From Candidatus Omnitrophota bacterium (GTDB taxonomy: Bacteria; Omnitrophota; Gorgyraeia; 2-01-FULL-45-10), in NCBI GenBank assembly GCA_041648975.1, contig JBAZNZ010000002.1, positions 8,222 to 72,221 of the forward strand: a stretch of DNA of 64,000 nt. Reading direction: 5' to 3'. The notes beneath the pieces were generated by a model. The model ran no database searches and had not been told where the DNA came from. It saw only the letters and a program-made list of their open reading frames with translations. Below, piece by piece: positions 1 through 8,590 of the stretch (its first letter is position 1; every line of letters starts with the position of its first letter). The position numbers and the translations under genes are program-made.

Positions 1-754
1 CGTTGGAATCGTTAAAATATACCTGGTTCGTCATCCTTAACTTGGTTATGTCCGTCGGAAAGAAGCCCAGCTCATGCTCGACAAGGTTTCGCGTATCGAC
101 TCTCAGCTTTGAACCTTTGTTCCCGTTCGCAAGCCTCGCTTTCCTGCCGGTGTAATCCCTGCCAAGAAATCTGTATGTGACCTTCTGGTATATCCTCTTC
201 GTTATCTTATGCTTGATGCTCGTATTCACCTCGTTGCCTATAAAAGTGCCGTTCGTGTCGTGGGAGAACCACAACCCCTCAAAACCGTATCCGACACTCA
301 GCGTAAACATATCGAAGAGGCCCTGTTCTATACCGGCATAAGCATTCCCGTCGAGCATGTTGACATCGTTGATCCTGAAATAATTCACATTCATCATATT
401 AAAACCGAAATAGGAGCCCATCGGCCCGTATTTAAAATCATTTAAGGGATATTTGAAATCCATCCCCGCCGTCTCCTGGACATATCCGTCGCTCTTCTTG
501 TTGGAATTAAAGAGCGGGTTGGTGTCCAATCCCATCGTCACACCGACGATGGAATTGGCGGAGAGCTTATCCTTGGACGGGACGGTCCTTTGCCTTTGCA
601 TAAGGAACCTTTCAGTCGGCCTGGTCACAACTTTATATTTCGGCTCCTGCTCCTCCACCGTATCCGTCGCGGCGAGTATCGGGCCCGCTGAAAATGAAAA
701 AGCAACGCACAGAAGCAACATTAAAGCTTTCTTCCATCCAGAAATATTTCTCAT
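1..754 (-). CDS. Outer-membrane beta-barrel-like protein with signal peptide; 3' end runs off the window edge (partial)
   Basis: Minus-strand ATG at 754-752 preceded by a GGAGG ribosome-binding site. Translation starts MRNISGWKKALMLLLCVAFSFSAGPILAATD (signal peptide) and continues with alternating hydrophobic/Gly/aromatic beta-strand pattern (YAGIEQGLFDMFTLSVGYGFEGLWF). Absent from the ORF track only because no stop codon falls inside the window. Confidence 0.5.
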   Translation of the reverse strand, partial: MRNISGWKKALMLLLCVAFSFSAGPILAATDTVEEQEPKYKVVTRPTERFLMQRQRTVPSKDKLSANSIVGVTMGLDTNPLFNSNKKSDGYVQETAGMDFKYPLNDFKYGPMGSYFGFNMMNVNYFRINDVNMLDGNAYAGIEQGLFDMFTLSVGYGFEGLWFSHDTNGTFIGNEVNTSIKHKITKRIYQKVTYRFLGRDYTGRKARLANGNKGSKLRVDTRNLVEHELGFFPTDITKLRMTNQVYFNDSN

Positions 755-786
755 ACGATTTCCTCCGGCGATCATCATGTAGGACC

Positions 787-1584
787 TTAGGTCGTGTCCG
801 GTATGCTGACCCCTCCTTGCCTGGCCTCTATCCTCTGTTCATCCCTGTTTTCATTGACGTTATCCTTTTTAGAGTCTAGCTGGTCTATGGCATTCCCCAT
901 GTTGCCTGCCTGGTTGAGATTAACCATAGACGACAACCCCAACCTTGACAGCACATCCTGCCTCCACTCATTCCACTTCTGGAAGTCGCCGGCCGTCAAC
1001 CTCTCGAGGATCATCGCCTTATCCTTTTCCAGTATCAGCTTCCACCCCTCTTTTACATTTACCATATCCCCTTTTATATTACCGAACTCATCCAATATCG
1101 CCGTATAAATAGAATCCTCGAGCGCGCTGAACATGGAAGCCGCCTCATCGGCGCTTACGGTCCAGCCTGTTGCCCTTGCGCCGCTTAAACCGAGCGGTGT
1201 CTTTACCTCAAATGCCGACCCCTTGGGAAGATCGTTAATGAGCGCCATGGCCGTCCCGCTCATGAGCTCGATCAAGTAAGGCGATTCGGACTTCCTCACG
1301 AATACGTCGGAATTCGGTTCGATCCTTACTATGTTGGCGTCTTTTTTTGAGAAAGATATCTCGACAGCTTCTTTATCGAGCGTCTTTATCCTATCGCCGT
1401 TACCGACGGCCATCTTCAGATCGCACGGGCTCCATGTATTAGTCCCGGACTTCATTATCTTGGGATCGCCTTTCAGATAGACGATCTTAACATCACCCTG
1501 CTGAGCCTTCGCCATATTGAAGAAAACCACGGACATCGCCGCAAATACTATAAAAATAAGTCCAAACCTGACCGGCTTAACCAT
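787..1584 (-). CDS. Hypothetical membrane-anchored/periplasmic protein (possible FecR-like domain), last gene of the Mla operon
   Basis: 265-aa ORF with an N-terminal hydrophobic segment (LIFIVFAAMSVVFF). Sits directly downstream of mlaD on the same strand. Confidence 0.45.
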   Translation of the reverse strand: MVKPVRFGLIFIVFAAMSVVFFNMAKAQQGDVKIVYLKGDPKIMKSGTNTWSPCDLKMAVGNGDRIKTLDKEAVEISFSKKDANIVRIEPNSDVFVRKSESPYLIELMSGTAMALINDLPKGSAFEVKTPLGLSGARATGWTVSADEAASMFSALEDSIYTAILDEFGNIKGDMVNVKEGWKLILEKDKAMILERLTAGDFQKWNEWRQDVLSRLGLSSMVNLNQAGNMGNAIDQLDSKKDNVNENRDEQRIEARQGGVSIPDTT

Positions 1585-1597
1585 GTAGCACCCCTTC

Positions 1598-2236
1598 CTA
1601 TTTGCTCCCCTTCATTAAAAGTTTCCATGGATGGCGCTTTATATCCTCGCTGAATTCCTTGAAATTTACCGTGGTCTGTTCCAGGTTATTGGCGATGTTG
1701 CCTATATGTTCCTTATTGTCTTTGACTACGCCTGTTACATTTTCGGCCAGAAGCTTGACCTCTGCCAGGGTCTTGTCCAGGTTCTCGGCTATCGCATCCG
1801 CCCTCTTCATGAGTTTTCTCATCTCTATAGGGTCTTCGCTTAATAGGACCGCCCCGTCTTTAACAAATGGCTTTTCAACCGAACCGGAAGTGATACCTAT
1901 ATAGGCGTCCCCTATCATGCCGGACGTGGATATGAAAGCGACCGAGTCCTCATGTATCCTGGCAGTGTCTTTGATAGAGAGGACGAGCTCTATCTTTGTC
2001 TCCGGCACATACTGGAACGCTATGCTGTTCACGCGGCCGACTTCTATGCCGGCAAGCTTTACAATGGAGTCTATCTTTATGCCTTCAGCGTAATTGAAGT
2101 AGGTCTTCACCTTATACGGCTTACTTTTAAAATCGGTGGTCTTTACCCAGAAAGTAAGCCCCACTACTATCGCCGTGATGACTATTACGCCTGTCTTCAT
2201 CTCATTATTTATCTTCATCTCATTTCCTTTCATCAA
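1598..2236 (-). CDS. mlaD: MlaD-like MCE-domain substrate-binding protein
   Basis: N-terminal TM helix followed by an Mce/MlaD-type domain (KVKTYFNYAEGIKIDSIVKLAGIEVGRVNSI). Located after the mlaF and mlaE homologues. Confidence 0.8.
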   Translation of the reverse strand: MMKGNEMKINNEMKTGVIVITAIVVGLTFWVKTTDFKSKPYKVKTYFNYAEGIKIDSIVKLAGIEVGRVNSIAFQYVPETKIELVLSIKDTARIHEDSVAFISTSGMIGDAYIGITSGSVEKPFVKDGAVLLSEDPIEMRKLMKRADAIAENLDKTLAEVKLLAENVTGVVKDNKEHIGNIANNLEQTTVNFKEFSEDIKRHPWKLLMKGSK

Positions 2237-2272
2237 ATTTTTTACTTATAACTTAAAACTTACGACTTATAA

Positions 2273-3070
2273 CTATTTTATGAGCTGCTCCAGGTAATCG
2301 TCTTTCTGCTGGAAAAACCTTATAGGCCCGTCGGGGCTGCCCATGACGAACTGCTGGACCATCTGGTTCGAACTCTTCTTTATCTGCTCCGGCGTCCCCA
2401 CCTCGAGGACTTTTCCTTCGTAAAGCATCGCTACCCTGTCCGCTATGGAAAATACGCTCTTCATATCGTGGGTCACCACGATGCTCGTTATGGCCAGTTT
2501 CTTGGAAAGATCTATTATGAGTTTGTCTATGACGCCGGCGACTATCGGGTCTAAGCCCGCCGTCGGTTCGTCGTAAAAGACTATCTCCGGGTCCATCACT
2601 ATCGCGCGCGCCAGCCCCACCCTCTTCCTCATGCCTCCTGAAAGCTGGCTCGGCATGAGATCCTCGAAGCCCCTCAAGCCCACAAGCTCCAGCTTCATCT
2701 TTACCACTATATCGATAACGCTCCTGTCGAGCCTGGTATGCTCCCTGAGCGGAAGGCTGACGTTCTCTCCGACAGTCATCGAATCGAAGAGCGCTGACGA
2801 CTGGAACGACATCCCGATCTTCTTCTTGACCTTGTCCATCTCGTCTTCGTTCAAAACGCTGAGGTCTTTTCCCAGCACGTGGACCTTGCCGGAATCGGGT
2901 TTCAGCGCGCCGATGAGATGCCGGAGGAATGTGCTCTTGCCGCACCCCGAGCCCCCCATTATCACGAACGTCTCGCCCCTGTATATCTCAAGGGATATGC
3001 CGTTCAGTATGGTCCGGTCGCCGAATCTCTTCACTACCTTATCGGCCTTTATTATAATCTCTTTTTCCAT
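2273..3070 (-). CDS. mlaF: ABC transporter ATP-binding protein MlaF
   Basis: Walker A motif GGSGCGKST, ABC signature LSGGMRKRVGLARAI, Walker B FYDEPTAGLD. About 265 aa, typical for MlaF. Confidence 0.85.
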   Translation of the reverse strand: MEKEIIIKADKVVKRFGDRTILNGISLEIYRGETFVIMGGSGCGKSTFLRHLIGALKPDSGKVHVLGKDLSVLNEDEMDKVKKKIGMSFQSSALFDSMTVGENVSLPLREHTRLDRSVIDIVVKMKLELVGLRGFEDLMPSQLSGGMRKRVGLARAIVMDPEIVFYDEPTAGLDPIVAGVIDKLIIDLSKKLAITSIVVTHDMKSVFSIADRVAMLYEGKVLEVGTPEQIKKSSNQMVQQFVMGSPDGPIRFFQQKDDYLEQLIK

Positions 3071-3082
3071 ATATTCATCGGC

Positions 3083-3877
3083 CTATTTCTGAGTAAAATA
3101 GAATAATCCCGTCAATATACAGTCAAACAGGATTATCAATATGAAACTGGTAACCACGCTGAGCGTCGTCGCCTTGCCCACGCCTTCGGCTCCGCCCTTC
3201 GCCCGAAGGCCCATGTAACATCCTATCAAAGAGATTATGATCGCGAATACGACGCTCTTGATGAGCCCGGTCCAAACGTCTTTCCACTGCATAAATTGGA
3301 AAGAGAACGTCAAATACCTGTAAGGATCGAGGCGGAGATTGAACACCCCGACTAAAAATCCTCCGAAGATGCCTGTCATATCGGCAACTATAGTAAGACA
3401 CGGCAGCATTACAAGAAGCGCCAGGAACCGCGGCACAACGAGGAACCTTATCGGGTTGAGCGCCATAGTCTCAAGCGCCTCTACCTGTTCCGTTACCTTC
3501 ATCGTCCCAAGTTCAGCCGCAATGGCCGCGCCGACGCGCCCGGCCACGACAAGCGCAGTAAGAACCGGCCCGAGCTCCCTGGCAATGCCTACGCTCACCA
3601 TCGGCGCCACGAATATATTCGCCCCGAACCTGGACAGCTGGTAAGCGCTCTGCATGGCTATAACTATCCCGGTGAAAAAGGATACGAAGAAAGCTATGAG
3701 GAAAGAGCCGGCACCGGCAAATACCATCTGGCTGAATATGCTTTCGCTCTTCACGAATTTGTTCTTCAAGGGCCCGGCTATGAGCCAATAGAGCGTATCA
3801 AAAAATAGGGCCAGCACATCCGAGATCTGCCGGCCCGTATTTAAAATAATGCCGCCTGTCTTTTCAAATAAGTTCAT
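3083..3877 (-). CDS. mlaE: ABC transporter permease MlaE
   Basis: 264-aa polytopic membrane protein with the MlaE/Ttg2B pattern. Gene order mlaE-mlaF-mlaD. Confidence 0.85.
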   Translation of the reverse strand: MNLFEKTGGIILNTGRQISDVLALFFDTLYWLIAGPLKNKFVKSESIFSQMVFAGAGSFLIAFFVSFFTGIVIAMQSAYQLSRFGANIFVAPMVSVGIARELGPVLTALVVAGRVGAAIAAELGTMKVTEQVEALETMALNPIRFLVVPRFLALLVMLPCLTIVADMTGIFGGFLVGVFNLRLDPYRYLTFSFQFMQWKDVWTGLIKSVVFAIIISLIGCYMGLRAKGGAEGVGKATTLSVVTSFILIILFDCILTGLFYFTQK

Positions 3878-3892
3878 AGTATGACGGCCTCG

Positions 3893-4228
3893 CTACATGA
3901 ACGTTGAGATGGCTTCTTCTTCGTCTGCCATTATTTCAAACAGCTTCTCGAGCTTGGTTATCTCGAAGAGGCTCTTTATCTTTGGAGAAAGGCCGGTTAA
4001 CCGCAGTCTTCCGCCGTAAGCTTTCATATTCTTTAGTGTCTCCACCAGAGTCGCAAGCCCGGATGAGTCCACATAAGTGACCTTGGTCAGGTTTATAACT
4101 ATCTTTGGCGTCTTTTGGGAAAGCAGCTTGTCGAAGGACTTCTTTATAGCCGGACTTGAGTTTATATCTATCTCGCCGTCTACATTACATACAGTCAATC
4201 CGTTCTTGGATTCTATCTTAACGGCCAT
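3893..4228 (-). CDS. STAS-domain protein (anti-sigma-factor antagonist, SpoIIAA/RsbV-like; possible MlaB analogue)
   Basis: 111 aa. The conserved phospho-serine context VTYVDSSGLATLV is typical of anti-anti-sigma STAS proteins. Confidence 0.75.
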   Translation of the reverse strand: MAVKIESKNGLTVCNVDGEIDINSSPAIKKSFDKLLSQKTPKIVINLTKVTYVDSSGLATLVETLKNMKAYGGRLRLTGLSPKIKSLFEITKLEKLFEIMADEEEAISTFM

Positions 4229-4255
4229 AAATCATCTCCTTTTCTGCTTCGCCTT

Positions 4256-4591
4256 TCACGCGTCTAATGTTCTGAATCTTTTTATCATCCTTATTCTATT
4301 TCCTGATTCATTGAATTCGACCTTGTCCATCAATTTCAATATAAGATATACGCCTCTGCCGGAATTCCTGAGGATGTTTCCATCCTTGGTAGGATCCGGA
4401 AGGAGCTTATGGTCAAAACCCGCTCCCCGGTCCTCGACCTCGATATTAAGGATACCGTCATCGACCCTGCAATCCACCTTGACCGGTAATTTCCTGTTCG
4501 ATCGGTTGCCGTGGACGATCGCGTTCCTGACGGCCTCTTCCACGCATAACTTTATATCGAACAGCGCTTCTTCTTCCAATTTATATGGCAA
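4256..4591 (-). CDS. RsbW/SpoIIAB-like anti-sigma factor serine kinase (GHKL ATPase); TTG start
   Basis: N box EEAVRNAIVHGN, G1 box VEDRGAGFD, G2 box GRGVYLILKLMDKVEF. The start codon is TTG at 4591-4589. The upstream in-frame stop coincides with the accA stop, and no ATG/GTG lies between them. Confidence 0.65.
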   Translation of the reverse strand: MPYKLEEEALFDIKLCVEEAVRNAIVHGNRSNRKLPVKVDCRVDDGILNIEVEDRGAGFDHKLLPDPTKDGNILRNSGRGVYLILKLMDKVEFNESGNRIRMIKRFRTLDA

Positions 4592-4675
4592 AAGGCTTTT
4601 AGTGATCTTCGAAGAGATTTCTTTTACATACTTTATCTCGCTGGGAACAGTTATAATAATCGCTTTAGCTCCGTT

Positions 4676-5653
4676 CTATTTTTCCGTGAATTTACCGATC
4701 GCCCGTATCCTGGAGTACCTCATATCCAGCAATTTGGTCCCGGACAGGCCCTTTAACTCGGCCAGGTCCTTCTTTATTACCTTCTTTATGTTATCGGCCG
4801 ACTCCTGAGGATTCCTGTGCGCCCCGCCGAGAGGTTCTTTTATTATACCATCGATAATTTGCATTTCAAATAAATCTTTCGCCGTCAATTTCAGCGCTGC
4901 GGCCGCGTCAGGCGCTCTCGAGCGCTCCTTCCACAATATGGCCGCGCACCCTTCGGGGGATATCACCGAATAATATGAATTTTCAAGTACATATGTCCTG
5001 TCGCCGATACCTATGCCGAGCGCCCCGCCGGATCCGCCTTCCCCGATAACAAATATGATCACCGGCGTAGCCAGGTCGGCCATCCTTCTTAAATTGTACG
5101 CGATCGCCTCAGCCTGGCCCCTCTCTTCAGCGCCTATCCCCGGATACGCTCCCGGCGTATCAATAAACGAAATTACCGGCAGGCTGAACTTTTCGGCCAT
5201 CTTCATCACCCGGATAGCCTTCCTGTACCCTTCCGGATGCGCGCTGCCGAAATTCCTTTCAAGGTTCTCTTTGGTATCCTTCCCCTTCTGGTGTCCTATA
5301 ACTACGATATTTTCACCGCCCACTTTCGCCAGGCCGCAGATCATCGCCTTGTCGTCGGCGTAATGCCTGTCGCCGTGGATCTCTATGAAATCCGTCATCA
5401 TCATATCTATATAGTCAAGTGTATACGGCCTTTTGGGATGACGGGCTATCTGCACCCTCTGCCACGGAGTCAGGTTATCATATATCTCTTTCTTTATGCG
5501 AGAGAGCTTCTCCTCGAGTCTTGTTACCTCCCCGGATATGTCTATGTCCTTATGGGCGGTGAACCCTCTGAGCTCGCCTATCTTCCTCTCCAGCTCTAAT
5601 ATGGGCTTCTCGAATTCCAACCCGTAAACATGTATAGCCATGTGATACTCCAA
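4676..5653 (-). CDS. accA: Acetyl-CoA carboxylase carboxyltransferase alpha subunit
   Basis: 325 aa. Conserved AccA blocks: PKRPYTLDYI, FIDTPGAYPGIGAEERGQAEAIA, GEGGSGGALG. Confidence 0.9.
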   Translation of the reverse strand: MEYHMAIHVYGLEFEKPILELERKIGELRGFTAHKDIDISGEVTRLEEKLSRIKKEIYDNLTPWQRVQIARHPKRPYTLDYIDMMMTDFIEIHGDRHYADDKAMICGLAKVGGENIVVIGHQKGKDTKENLERNFGSAHPEGYRKAIRVMKMAEKFSLPVISFIDTPGAYPGIGAEERGQAEAIAYNLRRMADLATPVIIFVIGEGGSGGALGIGIGDRTYVLENSYYSVISPEGCAAILWKERSRAPDAAAALKLTAKDLFEMQIIDGIIKEPLGGAHRNPQESADNIKKVIKKDLAELKGLSGTKLLDMRYSRIRAIGKFTEK

Positions 5654-5668
5654 TAGATTCCGCGATAA

Positions 5669-5790
5669 GTTACGTAACGTTACATAAAGTTACGTAAGGT
5701 TACATAATGTTACCGCCAGCACTCAATATTTTTAAAACTCGCAACCTTATGTAACCTCATGGAACCTGATGTAACCTTATGCAACATCCG
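5669..5790. repeat. Paired inverted arrays of a 10-bp tandem repeat (GTTACRTAAN x4.5, spacer, then NTTATGTAAC-like x4) in the accA promoter / L,D-transpeptidase terminator region
   Basis: 5669-5714 reads aGTTACGTAAcGTTACATAAaGTTACGTAAgGTTACATAAtGTTACC. 5743-5790 reads aaCCTTATGTAACCTCATGGAACCTGATGTAACCTTATGCAAC, the reverse-complement units. The 10-bp period equals one helical turn. Confidence 0.8.
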
Positions 5791-5797
5791 CGAATCT

Positions 5798-6739
5798 TTA
5801 GTCGACGATCAGCACTTCAGTCCCCTCCGGGACTATGGTATATAACTCTTCGACTTCCGCGTTCTTCATCCTCACGCAGCCTTCTGTGACGCTCCTGCCT
5901 ATCGATTCGGGCTCTATCGTCCCGTGGATCCCGTACCCCTCTTTGGATATACCGAGCCACCTGGAACCGAGCACATTCTTAGGATCCCCGGACTGAACCA
6001 CCCCTCCGGTGGGCGGATACCATGGCGGATCGACTATCTTGGTCGTGATCTTGAACGTGCCTACCGGCGTGCATGAATTTTTGCCGGTAGAGACCCTGTA
6101 TGTCTTCAATATATTTTCATTGTCCTTAAGCGTCAATATATTCTGTGACTTATCGACCGCTATGCTGAACCTGGATTTATTAATCTTGATATTTTCCCCT
6201 ACCCTGATAGCGTTGTTCTTAAGGCCGTTCGCCTTTGCTATCAACTCTACGGTGGTGCCGTATTTTTTCGCGATCCTGGTCAGCGTGTCGCCCTTCTGCA
6301 CCTCATAAGAAACAGAGTCCGGGGTCGGTATAGGCGAGAACAATATCTGCACGTTCACATTCTCCAGCGCCTCCTGCGCTTTCAATATCTCCCCCGACGC
6401 CGGGAACTTCTCTACTAACTTCTGGTAGGCGTCCCTCGCGTTCAGCAGCTCGCCGGATTTTTCGTATGTGGATCCGAGCAAAAAATAAGCCGTCAGGGCT
6501 TCGGCCGATCCGGGCGACTTCACTATAAGTATCTTCAGGTTCTTTAACGCTGTTTCGGTCTGGCCCTGCTCGAGCAATTTCTTGATGTCGCCCAGCTTCA
6601 TGACGGATTGATTAATAACCGCCGCGGACGACGCAGCCGCCCCTGATGGGGCTTTCGTTGAAATTATAATGTACCCTAGGACAGAGGCCGTTATTAAGAA
6701 TAATATAACCGCGCCGACAATCAGGAATCTCTTATCCAT
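5798..6739 (-). CDS. LysM and TPR-containing L,D-transpeptidase (YkuD domain)
   Basis: Signal/TM N-terminus and TPR-like region. LysM motif YEVQKGDTLTRIAKKYGTTVELIAKANGL. C-terminal YkuD catalytic motif GIHGTIEPESIGRSVTEGCVRM. Confidence 0.8.
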   Translation of the reverse strand: MDKRFLIVGAVILFLITASVLGYIIISTKAPSGAAASSAAVINQSVMKLGDIKKLLEQGQTETALKNLKILIVKSPGSAEALTAYFLLGSTYEKSGELLNARDAYQKLVEKFPASGEILKAQEALENVNVQILFSPIPTPDSVSYEVQKGDTLTRIAKKYGTTVELIAKANGLKNNAIRVGENIKINKSRFSIAVDKSQNILTLKDNENILKTYRVSTGKNSCTPVGTFKITTKIVDPPWYPPTGGVVQSGDPKNVLGSRWLGISKEGYGIHGTIEPESIGRSVTEGCVRMKNAEVEELYTIVPEGTEVLIVD

Positions 6740-6764
6740 TTAATATTGCCCCCGTTAAAAGTTA

Positions 6765-7214
6765 TCACTTATAGAACAGCAATGAGACGAGGATGCCCAG
6801 GACCATGCCCGCCCAGACTTCTATGGGCGTGTGGCCGATGAACTCTTTCAGCTTGTCTTCGTCTAATTTCTTTTTCCAGTATATATCTTCCAGCATCTTA
6901 TTCAATATATTGGCCTGCCGGCCCGTGGCGAGCCTTACGCCCTGCGCGTCGAAAAGGACTATGAGGGTGAACGTAACGGTTATAGCGAACAGCGCGGAAT
7001 CAAAACCATATGTAATACCCACCGACGTCGCGAGGGACGATACCGCGGCGCCGTGAGAACTGGGCATGCCGCCGGAGCCGACAAACCACCGGAAGTTGAA
7101 CTTCTTTTCCCTGAACACGCCAAGCAGGACCTTTATCGTCTGCGCTATGAACCATGCGGCCGCCGATGTCCAGAATATGTAGTTGTGGCTGAACTCAATT
7201 AGGTTTGCAATCAT
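6765..7214 (-). CDS. Divergent PAP2-family membrane protein (DUF212-like)
   Basis: 149-aa membrane protein carrying GSGGMPSSHGAAVSSLATSVG, the signature of divergent PAP2 / acid-phosphatase-like proteins. Confidence 0.6.
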   Translation of the reverse strand: MIANLIEFSHNYIFWTSAAAWFIAQTIKVLLGVFREKKFNFRWFVGSGGMPSSHGAAVSSLATSVGITYGFDSALFAITVTFTLIVLFDAQGVRLATGRQANILNKMLEDIYWKKKLDEDKLKEFIGHTPIEVWAGMVLGILVSLLFYK

Positions 7215-7288
7215 ATTAGCTTTATATTATAATATATAAAATCCGGTTATTCAAATAGAATATAGCATATAACGCGAGGAGGGCGGTC

Positions 7289-7840
7289 ATGAGAAAACTG
7301 TTGGCGCTTACCGCAATAGCGATAGTAACGGCGCTTTTGGCGCCGTCCATATGCTTAGCGGGCAGCAACGAGCTGTCGTACCTGATTAATAAAGGAAATC
7401 CTATAAAAGTTTTCATGAAAGATTTCGTTAATGAATCCGGGCAGAATCAGCTGGTAATGGGAGAATTAGAGAAAACGGTGGAAAAATCGTTGCTTGCCAG
7501 AAAAGCCGTCACGTTCCATATAGCGAAGACTATCGAACAAAGCGATATATGCATATCATGCACCGTTAAGAAATACCAGTATCTCGAAAAAGGCCCACTC
7601 AAGTTTTCCCCAAGCCCGCAAGCTATGCTCTTAGACGCCGCTGCGTCAGCAACGGAAAACTACGTCGAGATGGACGCGGAATTCGTGATAGCGGACTCCA
7701 GAACAAATAAGACGCTCTGGAAAGACACGATCGGATTTTACGAAAAGAAAGTGATGACGCCCGCTGAAAGCACGCCGATAATATATGATCACGTAGCCAG
7801 GCGTTTTCTCTGGAAATCTTTCGGCAAGCCAAATAAGTAA
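7289..7840 (+). CDS. Hypothetical secreted or lipoprotein
   Basis: Signal peptide MRKLLALTAIAIVTALLAPSICLAG. No recognisable domain. Only plus-strand gene in this block. Confidence 0.5.
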   Translation: MRKLLALTAIAIVTALLAPSICLAGSNELSYLINKGNPIKVFMKDFVNESGQNQLVMGELEKTVEKSLLARKAVTFHIAKTIEQSDICISCTVKKYQYLEKGPLKFSPSPQAMLLDAAASATENYVEMDAEFVIADSRTNKTLWKDTIGFYEKKVMTPAESTPIIYDHVARRFLWKSFGKPNK

Positions 7841-7896
7841 GTCGATCTACAACGTGCCGAGGTCTCCGACCGAGGCCAAGCCAAATAAGCCTTCTA

Positions 7897-8454
7897 TCAA
7901 CCCTTTATAAGAGCCAGGGCTTCAGCCCTGGTCTTTTCGTTCCGCCTAAAGACGCCGCGTACGGCGCTCGTTATGGTAAGGACGCCGGGTTTCTTTATAC
8001 CCCTCATGCTCATGCAGAGGTGCTCGGCCTCTATTATAACCAGGACGCCCTTAGGGTTGAGTTTCTTCATTACTATATCGGCTATATCGGTGGTAAGGCG
8101 TTCCTGGACCTGCAGCCTCCTGGATAGGATATCGACCACCCTGGCCAGTTTGCTTAAGCCCGTGACCTTGTTATTGCTGGGCAGGTAAGCGACATGCGCT
8201 TTCCCTACGAACGGCAGCAGGTGATGTTCGCATATCGAATAAAGAGGTATGCCTTTTAACAGCACTATCTCATCATGATCTTTTTCGAATACCACCTCGA
8301 GCTCTTTGCCGGGGTTGATGCCCGTCCCGCCCAATATCTCTTCATACATCTCCGCGACGCGCTTTGGGGTATCTTTGATATCGGGCCTCTTAACGTCCTC
8401 TCCGACCGCGATCAATATCTCTTTAACAGCCTTTTCGATCCGTTTTTTGTCCAT
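7897..8454 (-). CDS. folE: GTP cyclohydrolase I
   Basis: Conserved FolE core: [20 protein letters not shown] ... [18 protein letters not shown]. Confidence 0.9.
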   Translation of the reverse strand: MDKKRIEKAVKEILIAVGEDVKRPDIKDTPKRVAEMYEEILGGTGINPGKELEVVFEKDHDEIVLLKGIPLYSICEHHLLPFVGKAHVAYLPSNNKVTGLSKLARVVDILSRRLQVQERLTTDIADIVMKKLNPKGVLVIIEAEHLCMSMRGIKKPGVLTITSAVRGVFRRNEKTRAEALALIKG

Positions 8455-8480
8455 ATATAGCTCCTATTAAATTACGGTTC

Positions 8481-8590
8481 TAAGTAAAAAGTCAAAAGGA
8501 AAAATGTAAAAGTCGTGTGTCGCTGTCGCGACCTTAAATATAGGTGCGAAGTACACAACACTTTTGCCTTTTCACTTTTTCCTTTTACCT
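8481..8590. repeat. Inverted arrays of AAAAGTN heptamer repeats forming a long imperfect hairpin between the mnmE stop and the folE start
   Basis: Left arm taAGTAAAAAGTCAAAAGGAAAAATGTAAAAGTCgtgtg (8481-8517). Right arm cacaACACTTTTGCCTTTTCACTTTTTCCTTTTACC (8553-8590). Confidence 0.7.

Noticed and set aside
209-782. Plus-strand ORFs 209..445 and 453..782 listed in the track
   Set aside because: The minus strand carries a much better gene (signal peptide, ribosome-binding site, beta-barrel pattern) running off the window edge. The plus-strand ORFs are shadows of it.
2253-2945. 230-aa Arg-rich ORF inside mlaF in another frame
   Set aside because: Overlapping-frame artefact of a GC-rich ABC ATPase gene.
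7901-7940. Hairpin CCAGGGCttcaGCCCTGG plus T-run as an independent regulatory element
   Set aside because: It lies within the last codons of folE and most simply serves as the terminator of the convergent plus-strand lipoprotein gene 7289..7840.
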